A model generated the notes under the pieces. That model was not told where the DNA came from. It was given only the letters and a program-made list of their open reading frames with translations, and made no database searches. A stretch of 64,000 nucleotides of DNA. Origin: an uncultured delta proteobacterium. Its GTDB lineage: Bacteria > Myxococcota_A > Polyangia > Polyangiales > JAFGIB01. Positions 56,655 through 64,000 of the stretch are shown in pieces. A program made the position numbers and the translations under genes. Every line of letters begins with the position of its first letter. Position 1 is the first letter of the stretch. The stretch covers positions 32,001 through 96,000 of the forward strand of contig CAVZVA010000002.1 of assembly GCA_963778655.1 (NCBI GenBank). Reading direction: 5' to 3'.

Positions 56655-58481
56655 TCAGCCCGACGGCTGCTGCTTGGACGGCGTGGTCGTGTCGAGGGGC
56701 TCGGCGGGGATCGCGATCGGGCCAAGCTCGGCGGCGAGCTGTTTGCGGTCGAGCCGTGCGCGAGTCTGCGCCCAGAACAGGGGAGCGAGCTCGAGCATGC
56801 GGCCAGGGGGCCACTGCGGCACGAGCCGGATGAGGCAGCGCAGGTACTGCTCGGGCTCGATTCGGTGCAGCCTGGCCGAGGCGACGATGGAGAAGAGCGC
56901 GGCGGTGCTCTTGGCGTGGTCGTCGCTTCCGCAAAGGAGCCAAGCCTTCCTTCCCAGCGCCACGGCCTTGATCGCGCGTTCAGCGCGGCTGTTGTCCATG
57001 ACGAGCCGGCCGTCTTCGAGGAAACGCGTCAGCGCATCGCGTTGATTGCGCGCGCAGCCGAGCGCGGTGCGCAGGTAGCCGCGTTGCGCCTGCACCATGG
57101 GGTAGTGCTGCTCGACCCAGGCGAAGAAGTCCTCGACGTGCGGTCGCAGGTGCTGCTGTCGCCGCCGTTTGATCTCAGCGGGCGGATTCTTCTGCCACGA
57201 AGCATCGAGCTCGAAGATGCGCCCGATTCGCGCGAGCCCCTCGCGCGCGACCGGGTCTTTGGCCACCGCCGCCTCCCAATACCGTCTGCGCAGATGGTAC
57301 CAACAGCCCACTTCGGCGCGGGTGCAGCCGTCAGGCTCGATATCGGGGTGGTTGCGCCGGACTTCGGCAGCATCGCAGAACAGCACGTCGAAGACATTCT
57401 TGGCGTCGGCCTGGATGTAGCCGTCGAAGCCGAAGAAGGCCGCGCTCACCTTCGCGCTGGTCTCGCGTTCGAGATAGTCGAAGAAGATGTGATCGGCGTC
57501 CGCGATCTGAACCAGGAAGTGCCCCTTCTTGCAGGGCTGCCGGCCTTGCTCGTTGCTGTAGATCGGCTGCACACACACGCCAGTAGCGTCGGTCGAGATA
57601 CAGAACGCGGTCGCGAGCGCGTGCTTCTGCATCGCCTTGACGACGGTTTGCCCCAGCACGTCACCGATCAGCTTCTTCCAGCGGCAGAGCGTGCCACGGT
57701 CGATGGCGATGCCTTCTCGCCCGAACGTGTCCTCAATGCGAAACAGCGGCATGCCCTTGCCGACGTTCTCCATGATCACGTGGGCAGCGAGCGAGGGCGC
57801 GGCCATCGAGCTGGCGGCCAGCATCTGGTCAGGCATCGGGGTCGTGATCACGTCGGTGTCGCCCGCGGCGTCGACCGTCTTGTAGCGAGCGCGCGCGACG
57901 ACCAGCCGGTACTTGCCGCCGCGCTTGTGCGCGAGCTTGTAGCTGTTCTCGAAGTCGTGGCGAACGACCTTGCCCTCGGCCACCAGCTTCTCCAAGTACG
58001 GGTCTGTGATCTCAATGCGCTCCTCGGGCAGCGGCAACTGCTTGAGGTCGCGACGACCCGTGCCGCGATTGTGCTTTCGCTTGCCGCGGCGCTTGCCGTC
58101 CTTGGCCTTCACCTGGTCGCTGTCGTCCTTGGGCTCGTCTCCGCGGGTGATGCCGAGCGTCCCGGCCAGCATCTCGACCTGCCTGAGCTTGTCAGCGAAC
58201 TCCAGCTTCAGCTGCTCGGTGTCTACGCGCTCGGCCTTCGCGATGAACAGTCGGCGCTTCCAGAGCGCGAGCTCCTGCAGCGCCACATCATAGGCCGCGC
58301 GTAGCACGTCGCGCTCCTGCTCGAGCTCCGCGACGCGTTGCGCGGTTTTCATGTGCTCATTGCGCTCGACGACGAGCAGCGCTTGGAGCTCCGCCACCCT
58401 CGCAGGCAGTGACGTTGCGTCGCTCGCGCGCTGCTCGCTACTCACGCCGCAATCACTGACACATCCGATCGGCGCGTCCAA
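56655..58481 (-). CDS. tnpC: IS66 transposase TnpC
   Basis: Coiled-coil N-terminus, PLFR, TDATG, GYIQADA, GCW.HLRR, MDNSRAERAIK.VALGRKAWL. Confidence 0.95.
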   Translation of the reverse strand: MDAPIGCVSDCGVSSEQRASDATSLPARVAELQALLVVERNEHMKTAQRVAELEQERDVLRAAYDVALQELALWKRRLFIAKAERVDTEQLKLEFADKLRQVEMLAGTLGITRGDEPKDDSDQVKAKDGKRRGKRKHNRGTGRRDLKQLPLPEERIEITDPYLEKLVAEGKVVRHDFENSYKLAHKRGGKYRLVVARARYKTVDAAGDTDVITTPMPDQMLAASSMAAPSLAAHVIMENVGKGMPLFRIEDTFGREGIAIDRGTLCRWKKLIGDVLGQTVVKAMQKHALATAFCISTDATGVCVQPIYSNEQGRQPCKKGHFLVQIADADHIFFDYLERETSAKVSAAFFGFDGYIQADAKNVFDVLFCDAAEVRRNHPDIEPDGCTRAEVGCWYHLRRRYWEAAVAKDPVAREGLARIGRIFELDASWQKNPPAEIKRRRQQHLRPHVEDFFAWVEQHYPMVQAQRGYLRTALGCARNQRDALTRFLEDGRLVMDNSRAERAIKAVALGRKAWLLCGSDDHAKSTAALFSIVASARLHRIEPEQYLRCLIRLVPQWPPGRMLELAPLFWAQTRARLDRKQLAAELGPIAIPAEPLDTTTPSKQQPSG

Positions 58482-58510
58482 CGTTTTCTTCGGGCGCCAT
58501 GCATTTTCCT

Positions 58511-58795
58511 TCAGTGCAGGCGGCGCGAACCAACATCGATGTCGATCGCGTCGAGCTCGCGCTCGCTCAGCTCCACGCTACTGGATTCGGCGTCGAGCGC
58601 CTGCGGTACGCGAAATGTTCCGCGGTCGAGACGCTTGTAGAACAGACATAGGCCCGACCCATCGAAGAACAAGATCTTCAGCGCCGTGCGACGTTTTCCG
58701 AAGAAAACGAACAGCGCACCGCTTCGCGGCATCCGACCCAGCCGCTCCTGAACCACGCCGGCCAGCCGGTCGAACCCCCGCCGAAGGTACCTGGC
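58511..58795 (-). pseudogene. tnpB: IS66 accessory TnpB, 5'-truncated
   Basis: RRGFDRL, GALFVFFGKRR..LKILFFDGSGLCLFYKRLDRGTF; the N-terminal residues are missing. Confidence 0.85.
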
Positions 58796-58850
58796 GGACA
58801 TCGTGGAGTTGGCCGAGAGTTGAAGCCGTCCGCTGCTTCGGCCTTGTGCT

Positions 58851-59252
58851 TCAACCCCGCTTCGAGGCGCCGCGCTTACCCTGCATCTTCAGCTTGTAGT
58901 CCTGCACCAAGCATTCGATGGGGATCTCCAGCCGTTCGTGCAGGCGGCGGATCATCGCGAGATTCAGCCGGCGGCGACGCCCCATCACCTCGGACACGCG
59001 AGCCCGCGTCTTGAAGATGGGCAAGAGGTCGTTGTTGGTGAGCCCCTCTTGCTCCATGCGGAAGCGGATGGCTTCGATGGGGTCGGGCGCGGGCATCTCA
59101 AAGTGCTCCCGTTCATAGGCATCGACCAACGCCGACAAGACCTCGAAGCGGTCGCCTGCGGGAGTGCCGGGCTTGGCCTTGTCCCACAGGCCCTCGATCT
59201 CTCGAAGCGCCCAGGCGTGATCCTTGGCGGTGCGAATCGGCTTGATGTCCAT
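58851..59252 (-). CDS. higA: HigA antitoxin
   Basis: MDIKPIRT, A.PGTP.GDR.EVL..LV.AYE, PDPIEAIRFRMEQ.GL, RVSEV. Confidence 0.92.
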   Translation of the reverse strand: MDIKPIRTAKDHAWALREIEGLWDKAKPGTPAGDRFEVLSALVDAYEREHFEMPAPDPIEAIRFRMEQEGLTNNDLLPIFKTRARVSEVMGRRRRLNLAMIRRLHERLEIPIECLVQDYKLKMQGKRGASKRG

Positions 59253-59265
59253 GACGGTGCTTCCT

Positions 59266-59559
59266 TCACACGGTGGCGGCGTTGATCTTGTCGTACTCGG
59301 CGTGCGTGCCGATGAACCGGATGTAGACGGCGTGGAACTCGAACTTGACGGCGACCACGACTCGGTAGGTGTTGCCCTTGATGTTGAAGACGACCCGTTC
59401 CTTGTTGATGATGCTCGCCGACGGGTAGCGGGCCTTGATGTCCTCGGGGCCGGTCCAGTCGGCTTTCTCGACCTCGGCGAACCACGCGAACAGCGGTTGC
59501 CGAGCGTCGGAATGGGCGTCCGCAAAGGCCCTCACGGTCGAGCGGTTGAAGACGCGCAC
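59266..59559 (-). CDS. higB: HigB toxin
   Basis: W..EV..A.W..P.DIK..YPSAS, RVVFNIKGN.YR, IRFIGTHAEYDKI. Confidence 0.93.
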   Translation of the reverse strand: MRVFNRSTVRAFADAHSDARQPLFAWFAEVEKADWTGPEDIKARYPSASIINKERVVFNIKGNTYRVVVAVKFEFHAVYIRFIGTHAEYDKINAATV

Positions 59560-59566
59560 GACAGGG

Positions 59567-59595
59567 AGTATAGCTCGCTCCCAAAACGGGAGCAA
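59567..59595 (-). promoter_or_regulatory. higBA promoter with overlapping operator palindrome
   Basis: Minus strand TTGCTC-17 bp-TATACT; GCTCCC-N5-GGGAGC (59577-59593) overlaps the -35 box and spacer. Confidence 0.7.
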
Positions 59596-59667
59596 GCGCT
59601 ACCTTGAGGAACGTGTTCCTCAAGGTCGAGCGGTACCCTGCGCGTGGGCGGTGGAGGCGTGGGACGA

Positions 59668-59889
59668 GTGACAGTGCCTACGACCTACTCTACGACAGGA
59701 CGCGCCTGGGTCAACGCCAGCCGCAAAGAACCATGCTCGATCTGCGGTAAGCCCGACTGGTGCCGTCGCACCGAAGACGGCTTCATCGCCGACTGCTACC
59801 GCCAGCAAGGCGTCGGCGGTTTCATCAAGACCGACAAGATCGGTCGCGTCTGCTGGCGCCACTACCATGGGCAGGTGGCCCGTGGCTGA
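59668..59889 (+). CDS. Primase-type zinc-binding domain encoded as a separate ORF
   Basis: SRKEPCSICGKPDWC.......CYR; the stop overlaps the GTG of the primase ORF (GTGGCTGA). Confidence 0.7.
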   Translation: MTVPTTYSTTGRAWVNASRKEPCSICGKPDWCRRTEDGFIADCYRQQGVGGFIKTDKIGRVCWRHYHGQVARG

Positions 59890-62395
59890 TGCATCGACCA
59901 TCTACTCCGACTTCCTGCGGCTGTGCCCGCTGTACACGCGGCACCATGAGCACCTTCGGGAAGTCCGCAAGTACACGGACCAAGAGATCGAGCAGCTCGG
60001 GTTCAAGTCCGTGCCCGAGTTCATCGACGTTCACGCGATCACCGACAAGCTCGTGGAGCTGCACGGACAGGATGCGGTACTCGCTATTCCGGGCTTCAGG
60101 CTCGGACGCGAGACTGAGTTGAAGGACGGTACGGCGGTACCGCCGCCGGTCCTGTTCACTGCAGCGAAGGGCATCCTGCTTCCGCAGCTTGGCAGCGACG
60201 GCAAGGTCGAGTCGATCGTGCTTCGCGTGGAAGATCCGAAGAAGGGCGACCCCCGGTACCTCCTACTGACAGACGCCGCCGGCAAGGCCACGATCAAGAC
60301 AGGCATCCACTGGCCGCCGAGCAAACAGCAGACCCTCGACCGTGTGCGTGTCACCGAAGGCATCTACAAAGCCAACACCGCGACGCTACGCACCGACATC
60401 TACACGCTCGGGATGCCCGACTCCGGGTGGTGGACGCCGGCCTTCGAGGTGGTGCAGAAGCTCTTACCGAACGCGACCATCGTGGTGTGTCCGGATGGCG
60501 ATGTCCGGACCAACATCGGCGTCTGCCTGACCCTGGTGAACGCCGTAGACAAGCTCACGGCAACCGGGGTGTCCTGGGAGCTGGAGCTGTGGAAGGTGAA
60601 CACCAAGGCCGAGCCCAAGGGCATCGATGACTTGCTGAACAGCGACGGCAAGCCGAAGGTGGTCGCTGGCGTGCTGCGGTGGGCACTGCTCGGCAAGCTG
60701 CTCGGGAAGCACGGCATCACGGACCCTCGGGTCGATGCCAGGATCGCCCTGGACGACATCGTGGCCAGGGTGACGGCGGACGTGACGGCGGCCTTCAAGC
60801 CCGGCGTCCCGGAAGCTCTTGCCCATCTCGACCTCGGCTCGGTGGAGGGTCAGGCGATCCTGATCCCGCTGCAAGAGCTGCTCCGCCGGAAGGGCTGGAG
60901 GGAATTCAAGACTCGGCTCGATGCACAGATGGCGAAGAACGCCGAAGCGCGTGCCAAGGCGAAGGCCGAGGAACGCACTGCCATTGCCGATGCCAACGGG
61001 ATCAGGACCTTCCGGCGTGGTGACCAAGCCGAGGCCGCACTCGCCCTGCTCGACGACCTCACCACCGTGGGGCTCAAGCGTGCGTACCAACGCTGTGTGT
61101 ACGCAGACGGCGATCTCTACTTGTACGACGGCCGCATCTTCGTGAAGCAGATCAACGATGAACTGGTGAACAAGGTGGCAGCCTACGCGGGCCATCCCGT
61201 GGGACCCTACGGCAAGCCGCTCAACGTCTCCGAGAACTTCACCCGTGGCGCCGTGAAGCTCGCGTACGCAAACCGCTCCCAGCCCGAGTTCTTCGCCAGC
61301 GCACCACACGGCATCGCGTTCGAGGACAAGTTCCTGACGGTCAAGAACGGCACCGTCGAGGCCGTGCCCCACAGCATCGAGCACGGCGCCAGGTTCATGT
61401 TCGACTTCGAGTACGCGGCCGACCTCGTTCCGAAGCGGTTCATCGCCGCACTGGAGCGGTGGTTCATCGACAAGCCTGACAAGCACCAGTACATCGCCTG
61501 CGTCCAGGAACACATGGGTGCCTGTGTCTCCGGGATCGCGCCCAGGTACAGCCGGGCTGTCGTGCTTCGAGGCGAAGGCAACGATGGAAAGTCCACGCTG
61601 GCGGCGATCTATGAGGGGGTGCTGCCGCCGGGGTCGGTCAGCTATGTGGCCCCGCAGGACATGGATCGAGAATACGATCGGGCTGCGTTGGCCGGGGTCT
61701 TCCTCAACGTCTGCTACGAGCTGCCCGAGAACGACCTCATGGACGCCGGGCCGCTCAAGGCAGTCGTCGTCGGCGACCGGATCAAGGCACGCCAACCCTA
61801 CAGGCCAGTGTTCTGGCTCGTACCGAGGGCCGGTCAGCTATTCGTCTGCAACACGTTGTTCAAGACCCGCGACTTCACAAAGGCGTTCGCGAGGCGGTGG
61901 GTCATCCTCGATTTCACCGCACCGATGGGAACCGTCGAAGGCGATGTCCTCGACCCCACGTTCGCCAGGGACGTTCTTCGCCAGGAACGGGCGGCCATCA
62001 TCTCGTGGGCTGCCGAGGGCGCCAAGCGTCTACTCGAGAACGGCGAGTACACGATCCCCCAGGCGAGCCACGACGCGGTGGCCGAGTGGATGGGTGAATC
62101 CAACACGGTGCAGCAGTACGCCGAGGAACGTCTCGTGATTCTCGCCGAGGTAGGCGGCCACGGCGTTGCCGGGTCGGAAATCTACGACGACTACAAGCTC
62201 TGGATCAAAGACGTGAACCCTAGCAGCACGCCACTGTCTCGATCTGCGCGATCGAAATACGCGAGGGGAAACCGGGCCGTTCTGAGCACGGTTGGCGAGG
62301 GGCTGCATTTGCTTGCCCTCGCTGAGCGTGATCGAGATCCGCGGCTTGTCCGTGCAAGCTGGGAATCGACACGTTCTGGGAGGCAACCGCCATGA
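59882..62395 (+). CDS. Phage/plasmid P4-type primase-helicase (TOPRIM/DUF3854-like plus D5 SF3 helicase); native C-terminus probably replaced after ~62234
   Basis: VTEG.YKA, CPDGD and KGIDD (TOPRIM); GEGNDGKST Walker A, GD.I.AR..Y, CN, RRW.IL.F. Confidence 0.85.
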   Translation: MADASTIYSDFLRLCPLYTRHHEHLREVRKYTDQEIEQLGFKSVPEFIDVHAITDKLVELHGQDAVLAIPGFRLGRETELKDGTAVPPPVLFTAAKGILLPQLGSDGKVESIVLRVEDPKKGDPRYLLLTDAAGKATIKTGIHWPPSKQQTLDRVRVTEGIYKANTATLRTDIYTLGMPDSGWWTPAFEVVQKLLPNATIVVCPDGDVRTNIGVCLTLVNAVDKLTATGVSWELELWKVNTKAEPKGIDDLLNSDGKPKVVAGVLRWALLGKLLGKHGITDPRVDARIALDDIVARVTADVTAAFKPGVPEALAHLDLGSVEGQAILIPLQELLRRKGWREFKTRLDAQMAKNAEARAKAKAEERTAIADANGIRTFRRGDQAEAALALLDDLTTVGLKRAYQRCVYADGDLYLYDGRIFVKQINDELVNKVAAYAGHPVGPYGKPLNVSENFTRGAVKLAYANRSQPEFFASAPHGIAFEDKFLTVKNGTVEAVPHSIEHGARFMFDFEYAADLVPKRFIAALERWFIDKPDKHQYIACVQEHMGACVSGIAPRYSRAVVLRGEGNDGKSTLAAIYEGVLPPGSVSYVAPQDMDREYDRAALAGVFLNVCYELPENDLMDAGPLKAVVVGDRIKARQPYRPVFWLVPRAGQLFVCNTLFKTRDFTKAFARRWVILDFTAPMGTVEGDVLDPTFARDVLRQERAAIISWAAEGAKRLLENGEYTIPQASHDAVAEWMGESNTVQQYAEERLVILAEVGGHGVAGSEIYDDYKLWIKDVNPSSTPLSRSARSKYARGNRAVLSTVGEGLHLLALAERDRDPRLVRASWESTRSGRQPP

Positions 62396-62991
62396 CGATG
62401 AGCCTGCTGTCTGATCCTCGCCTGCACGAGCTGCTTGAACGAATTGATCGGGAACTGGCCCAAGAGGTCCAGAGCCAAGGCTGCCCTCAATGCGGTGGGC
62501 GGCTTCACGGTGCCGCGTACCCTCGGTTCGCTCGAGGAGTTCCAGCAAACATGCGAGGGGAGCCTCTGCGGCGGCTGAGTTTCTGCTGTGACCGGGAAGG
62601 CTGTCGTCGAAGGGCAACACCCGCGTCCGTGCGCTTCCTGGGCCGACGCACGTATCTGAGCGCCGTGGTCGTGCTGGTCAGCGCCATGCACCACGGGCTT
62701 ACGGGGGACCGCTACGGCAAGCTCAGGGCGTTGCTGGGCGTGGGACGCCGGACGGTGCAACGCTGGCGCCGCTGGTGGCACGACACGTTCGCGAGGAGCT
62801 CATTCTGGCACATCGAGCGGGCCACCTTCATGCCACCTCCTCGCCACGAGGGGCTTCCTCGCGAGCTTCTGGAGAGCTTTCGCAGTGACGACGCGATGAC
62901 CCGGCTGGTAGCACTGCTGCGTTGCATTGCCCCCATCACCGTGCCGTCGGAGCACGATCTTCGAAGGCCCATCAGGTCCCGCAGAGGATGA
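62235..62991 (+). mobile_element. Probable left part of a DDE transposon inserted in the primase 3' end
   Basis: Primase similarity stops at a TGT-starting sequence (TGTCTCGATC), followed by a transposon-type accessory ORF. Confidence 0.5.
62392..62991 (+). CDS. Transposon accessory Zn-finger/HTH protein (DUF6431-like)
   Basis: CPQCGG.LH...YPR, R.SFCC...GCRRR.TP.SVRFLGRR.Y, RT..RWR.WW; a type usually found upstream of rve/Mu-type transposases. Confidence 0.75.
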   Translation: MTMSLLSDPRLHELLERIDRELAQEVQSQGCPQCGGRLHGAAYPRFARGVPANMRGEPLRRLSFCCDREGCRRRATPASVRFLGRRTYLSAVVVLVSAMHHGLTGDRYGKLRALLGVGRRTVQRWRRWWHDTFARSSFWHIERATFMPPPRHEGLPRELLESFRSDDAMTRLVALLRCIAPITVPSEHDLRRPIRSRRG

Positions 62992-63058
62992 CTCTGATCA
63001 CGTTGTTGGAGGGCAACGCCTCAACCCACGCGCCGCACTGACGCCGTTTCCGAAGACT

Positions 63059-64000
63059 TTACCTACGGGCTGGACCGGCGGTGCGTCCGGCCCGGGGGGC
63101 GAGGTGCGCCCTCGCGAACGGCCTCCAGCAAGCAGCCAGATCTCGACTCCGAAGGTCTGCCGTGCTTTCGATTGCCGCAATTTCCGAAATCGGTCCCTCG
63201 ATTATCGTGACCAGCTGGCCCTCGATTTTCGTGATTGCGCTCACCTCGTCCGGTGATCGGGGTGGGTCGTAGGGCAGGTAGGCCGGCGGCTTGCCCGGCT
63301 TCTCGAAGGCGGCCATGAGCCGCGACAGGTGCGGGGCGATGCCGCTGGGTTTGGGCGGCTCGGGCGCCTGGGGCAGCACATGGGCGCGGCGGCCGTCGGC
63401 GTTTTTGTGCCGGTCGAGCGGGCGCAGCCGACATAGCTCCACGCCGGTGTGCGGGTCGATCATCGACACGCGCGAGAGGTCGAAGCGCGCGTAGCGAAGC
63501 CGCACATGCTCGATGTGGCGGTAGTGGGAAGGAATCTCCAAGCGCACGCCCTCGAGCGTGCAGGTGCCGTCACCGCGGCGCTGCTTGCGGCGGCGCTCGA
63601 TACGGAAGGCGTCGCGCAGCGCATCCATGCTCGGTGAGGCACGTCCGACGCTGGGAGCCGTGCGCAGCCGCGCAAGCGGCGTCATGCCCGTCTCGCGATG
63701 CACGCTCTGGTGGTAGTCGCCCTCGACCCACGCGATGGTCGCGCGGTTGAGCAGGTCGAGCTCGAGCAGCTCGACGCCCTCGAGCATCGCGACCAGCTGC
63801 CCCTCGACCGGGCCGAAAAAGTGCTCCTGCTTACCGTTTTGGTGCGGGCTCTCGCGCTCGGTGTAGCAGACCGTGATGCCCAGCCGCCGCAATCCCGCCT
63901 GCGTCTCGGCCGCGACCATCGCCGAGCCGTTGTCCATCATCAGCGCGCGCGGCAAGCCGCGCTTGAGAAAGGCCTGGCTCAGCGCGTGGATGAGCAGCTC
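63059..64000 (-). CDS. DDE transposase (rve plus Mu-transposase C-terminal domain), 5' end outside window
   Basis: RGLPRALMMDNGSAM, SPHQNGKQE, YH...H.E.G.TP, R....DGT..LEG...E+P. Similarity ends near YLPYD (~63270). Confidence 0.85.
   Translation of the reverse strand, partial: ELLIHALSQAFLKRGLPRALMMDNGSAMVAAETQAGLRRLGITVCYTERESPHQNGKQEHFFGPVEGQLVAMLEGVELLELDLLNRATIAWVEGDYHQSVHRETGMTPLARLRTAPSVGRASPSMDALRDAFRIERRRKQRRGDGTCTLEGVRLEIPSHYRHIEHVRLRYARFDLSRVSMIDPHTGVELCRLRPLDRHKNADGRRAHVLPQAPEPPKPSGIAPHLSRLMAAFEKPGKPPAYLPYDPPRSPDEVSAITKIEGQLVTIIEGPISEIAAIESTADLRSRDLAACWRPFARAHLAPRAGRTAGPARR

Larger units (their letters stand above)
56576..58800 (-). mobile_element. Partial IS66-family element (right end, tnpC and truncated tnpB; tnpA and left end missing)
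   Basis: Terminus GTATCCGCTTCACC at 56576 resembles IS66 GTAAGCG/GTATCCG ends; tnpB and tnpC are in canonical order. Confidence 0.85.

Noticed and set aside
58851..59525. 224-aa ORF-track call for HigA
   Set aside because: The extension overlaps higB out of frame; HigA similarity starts at ATG 59252.

Overview
Very GC-rich bacterial chromosomal DNA, most likely Myxococcota (Polyangia-like). This is inferred from the Cys-rich and Gly/Thr-linker lipoproteins, the VWA lipoprotein and two giant Ser/Thr kinase-ATPase proteins. The window has three zones. (1) 1-11.5 kb: a tRNA-Lys/tRNA-Glu pair followed by an eroded accessory region with a Cys-rich SPRY lipoprotein, a Pro-tailed beta-barrel, truncated TA/GNAT/CusA fragments and an inverted 25-bp copy of the tRNA-Glu 3' end. 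(2) 11.8-47.2 kb: mostly intact genes, including a stand-alone LanM-type dehydratase (DUF4135) with no cyclase or visible precursor, a DTW protein, two paralogous kinase-ATPase proteins, a LysM-M15 peptidase, a BVMO, an M20 amidohydrolase, a MITE and a glycosylation cluster with a GT2-CapK fusion. (3) 47.2-64 kb: a heavily rearranged mobile zone with REP-like junction repeats, two out-of-order RAYT fragments, AraC regulators, an SGNH lipoprotein, an RHS fragment, PIN and HigBA TA pairs, a partial IS66, a split P4-type primase-helicase and pieces of a DDE transposon. No CRISPR array, rRNA, reverse transcriptase or site-specific integrase was seen. The best candidates for undescribed biology are the cyclase-less LanM dehydratase, the GT2-CapK glycosylation locus, the tRNA-anchored inverted repeat and the RAYT/REP-associated shuffling zone. 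All family assignments come from motif recognition by eye, not from database searches.
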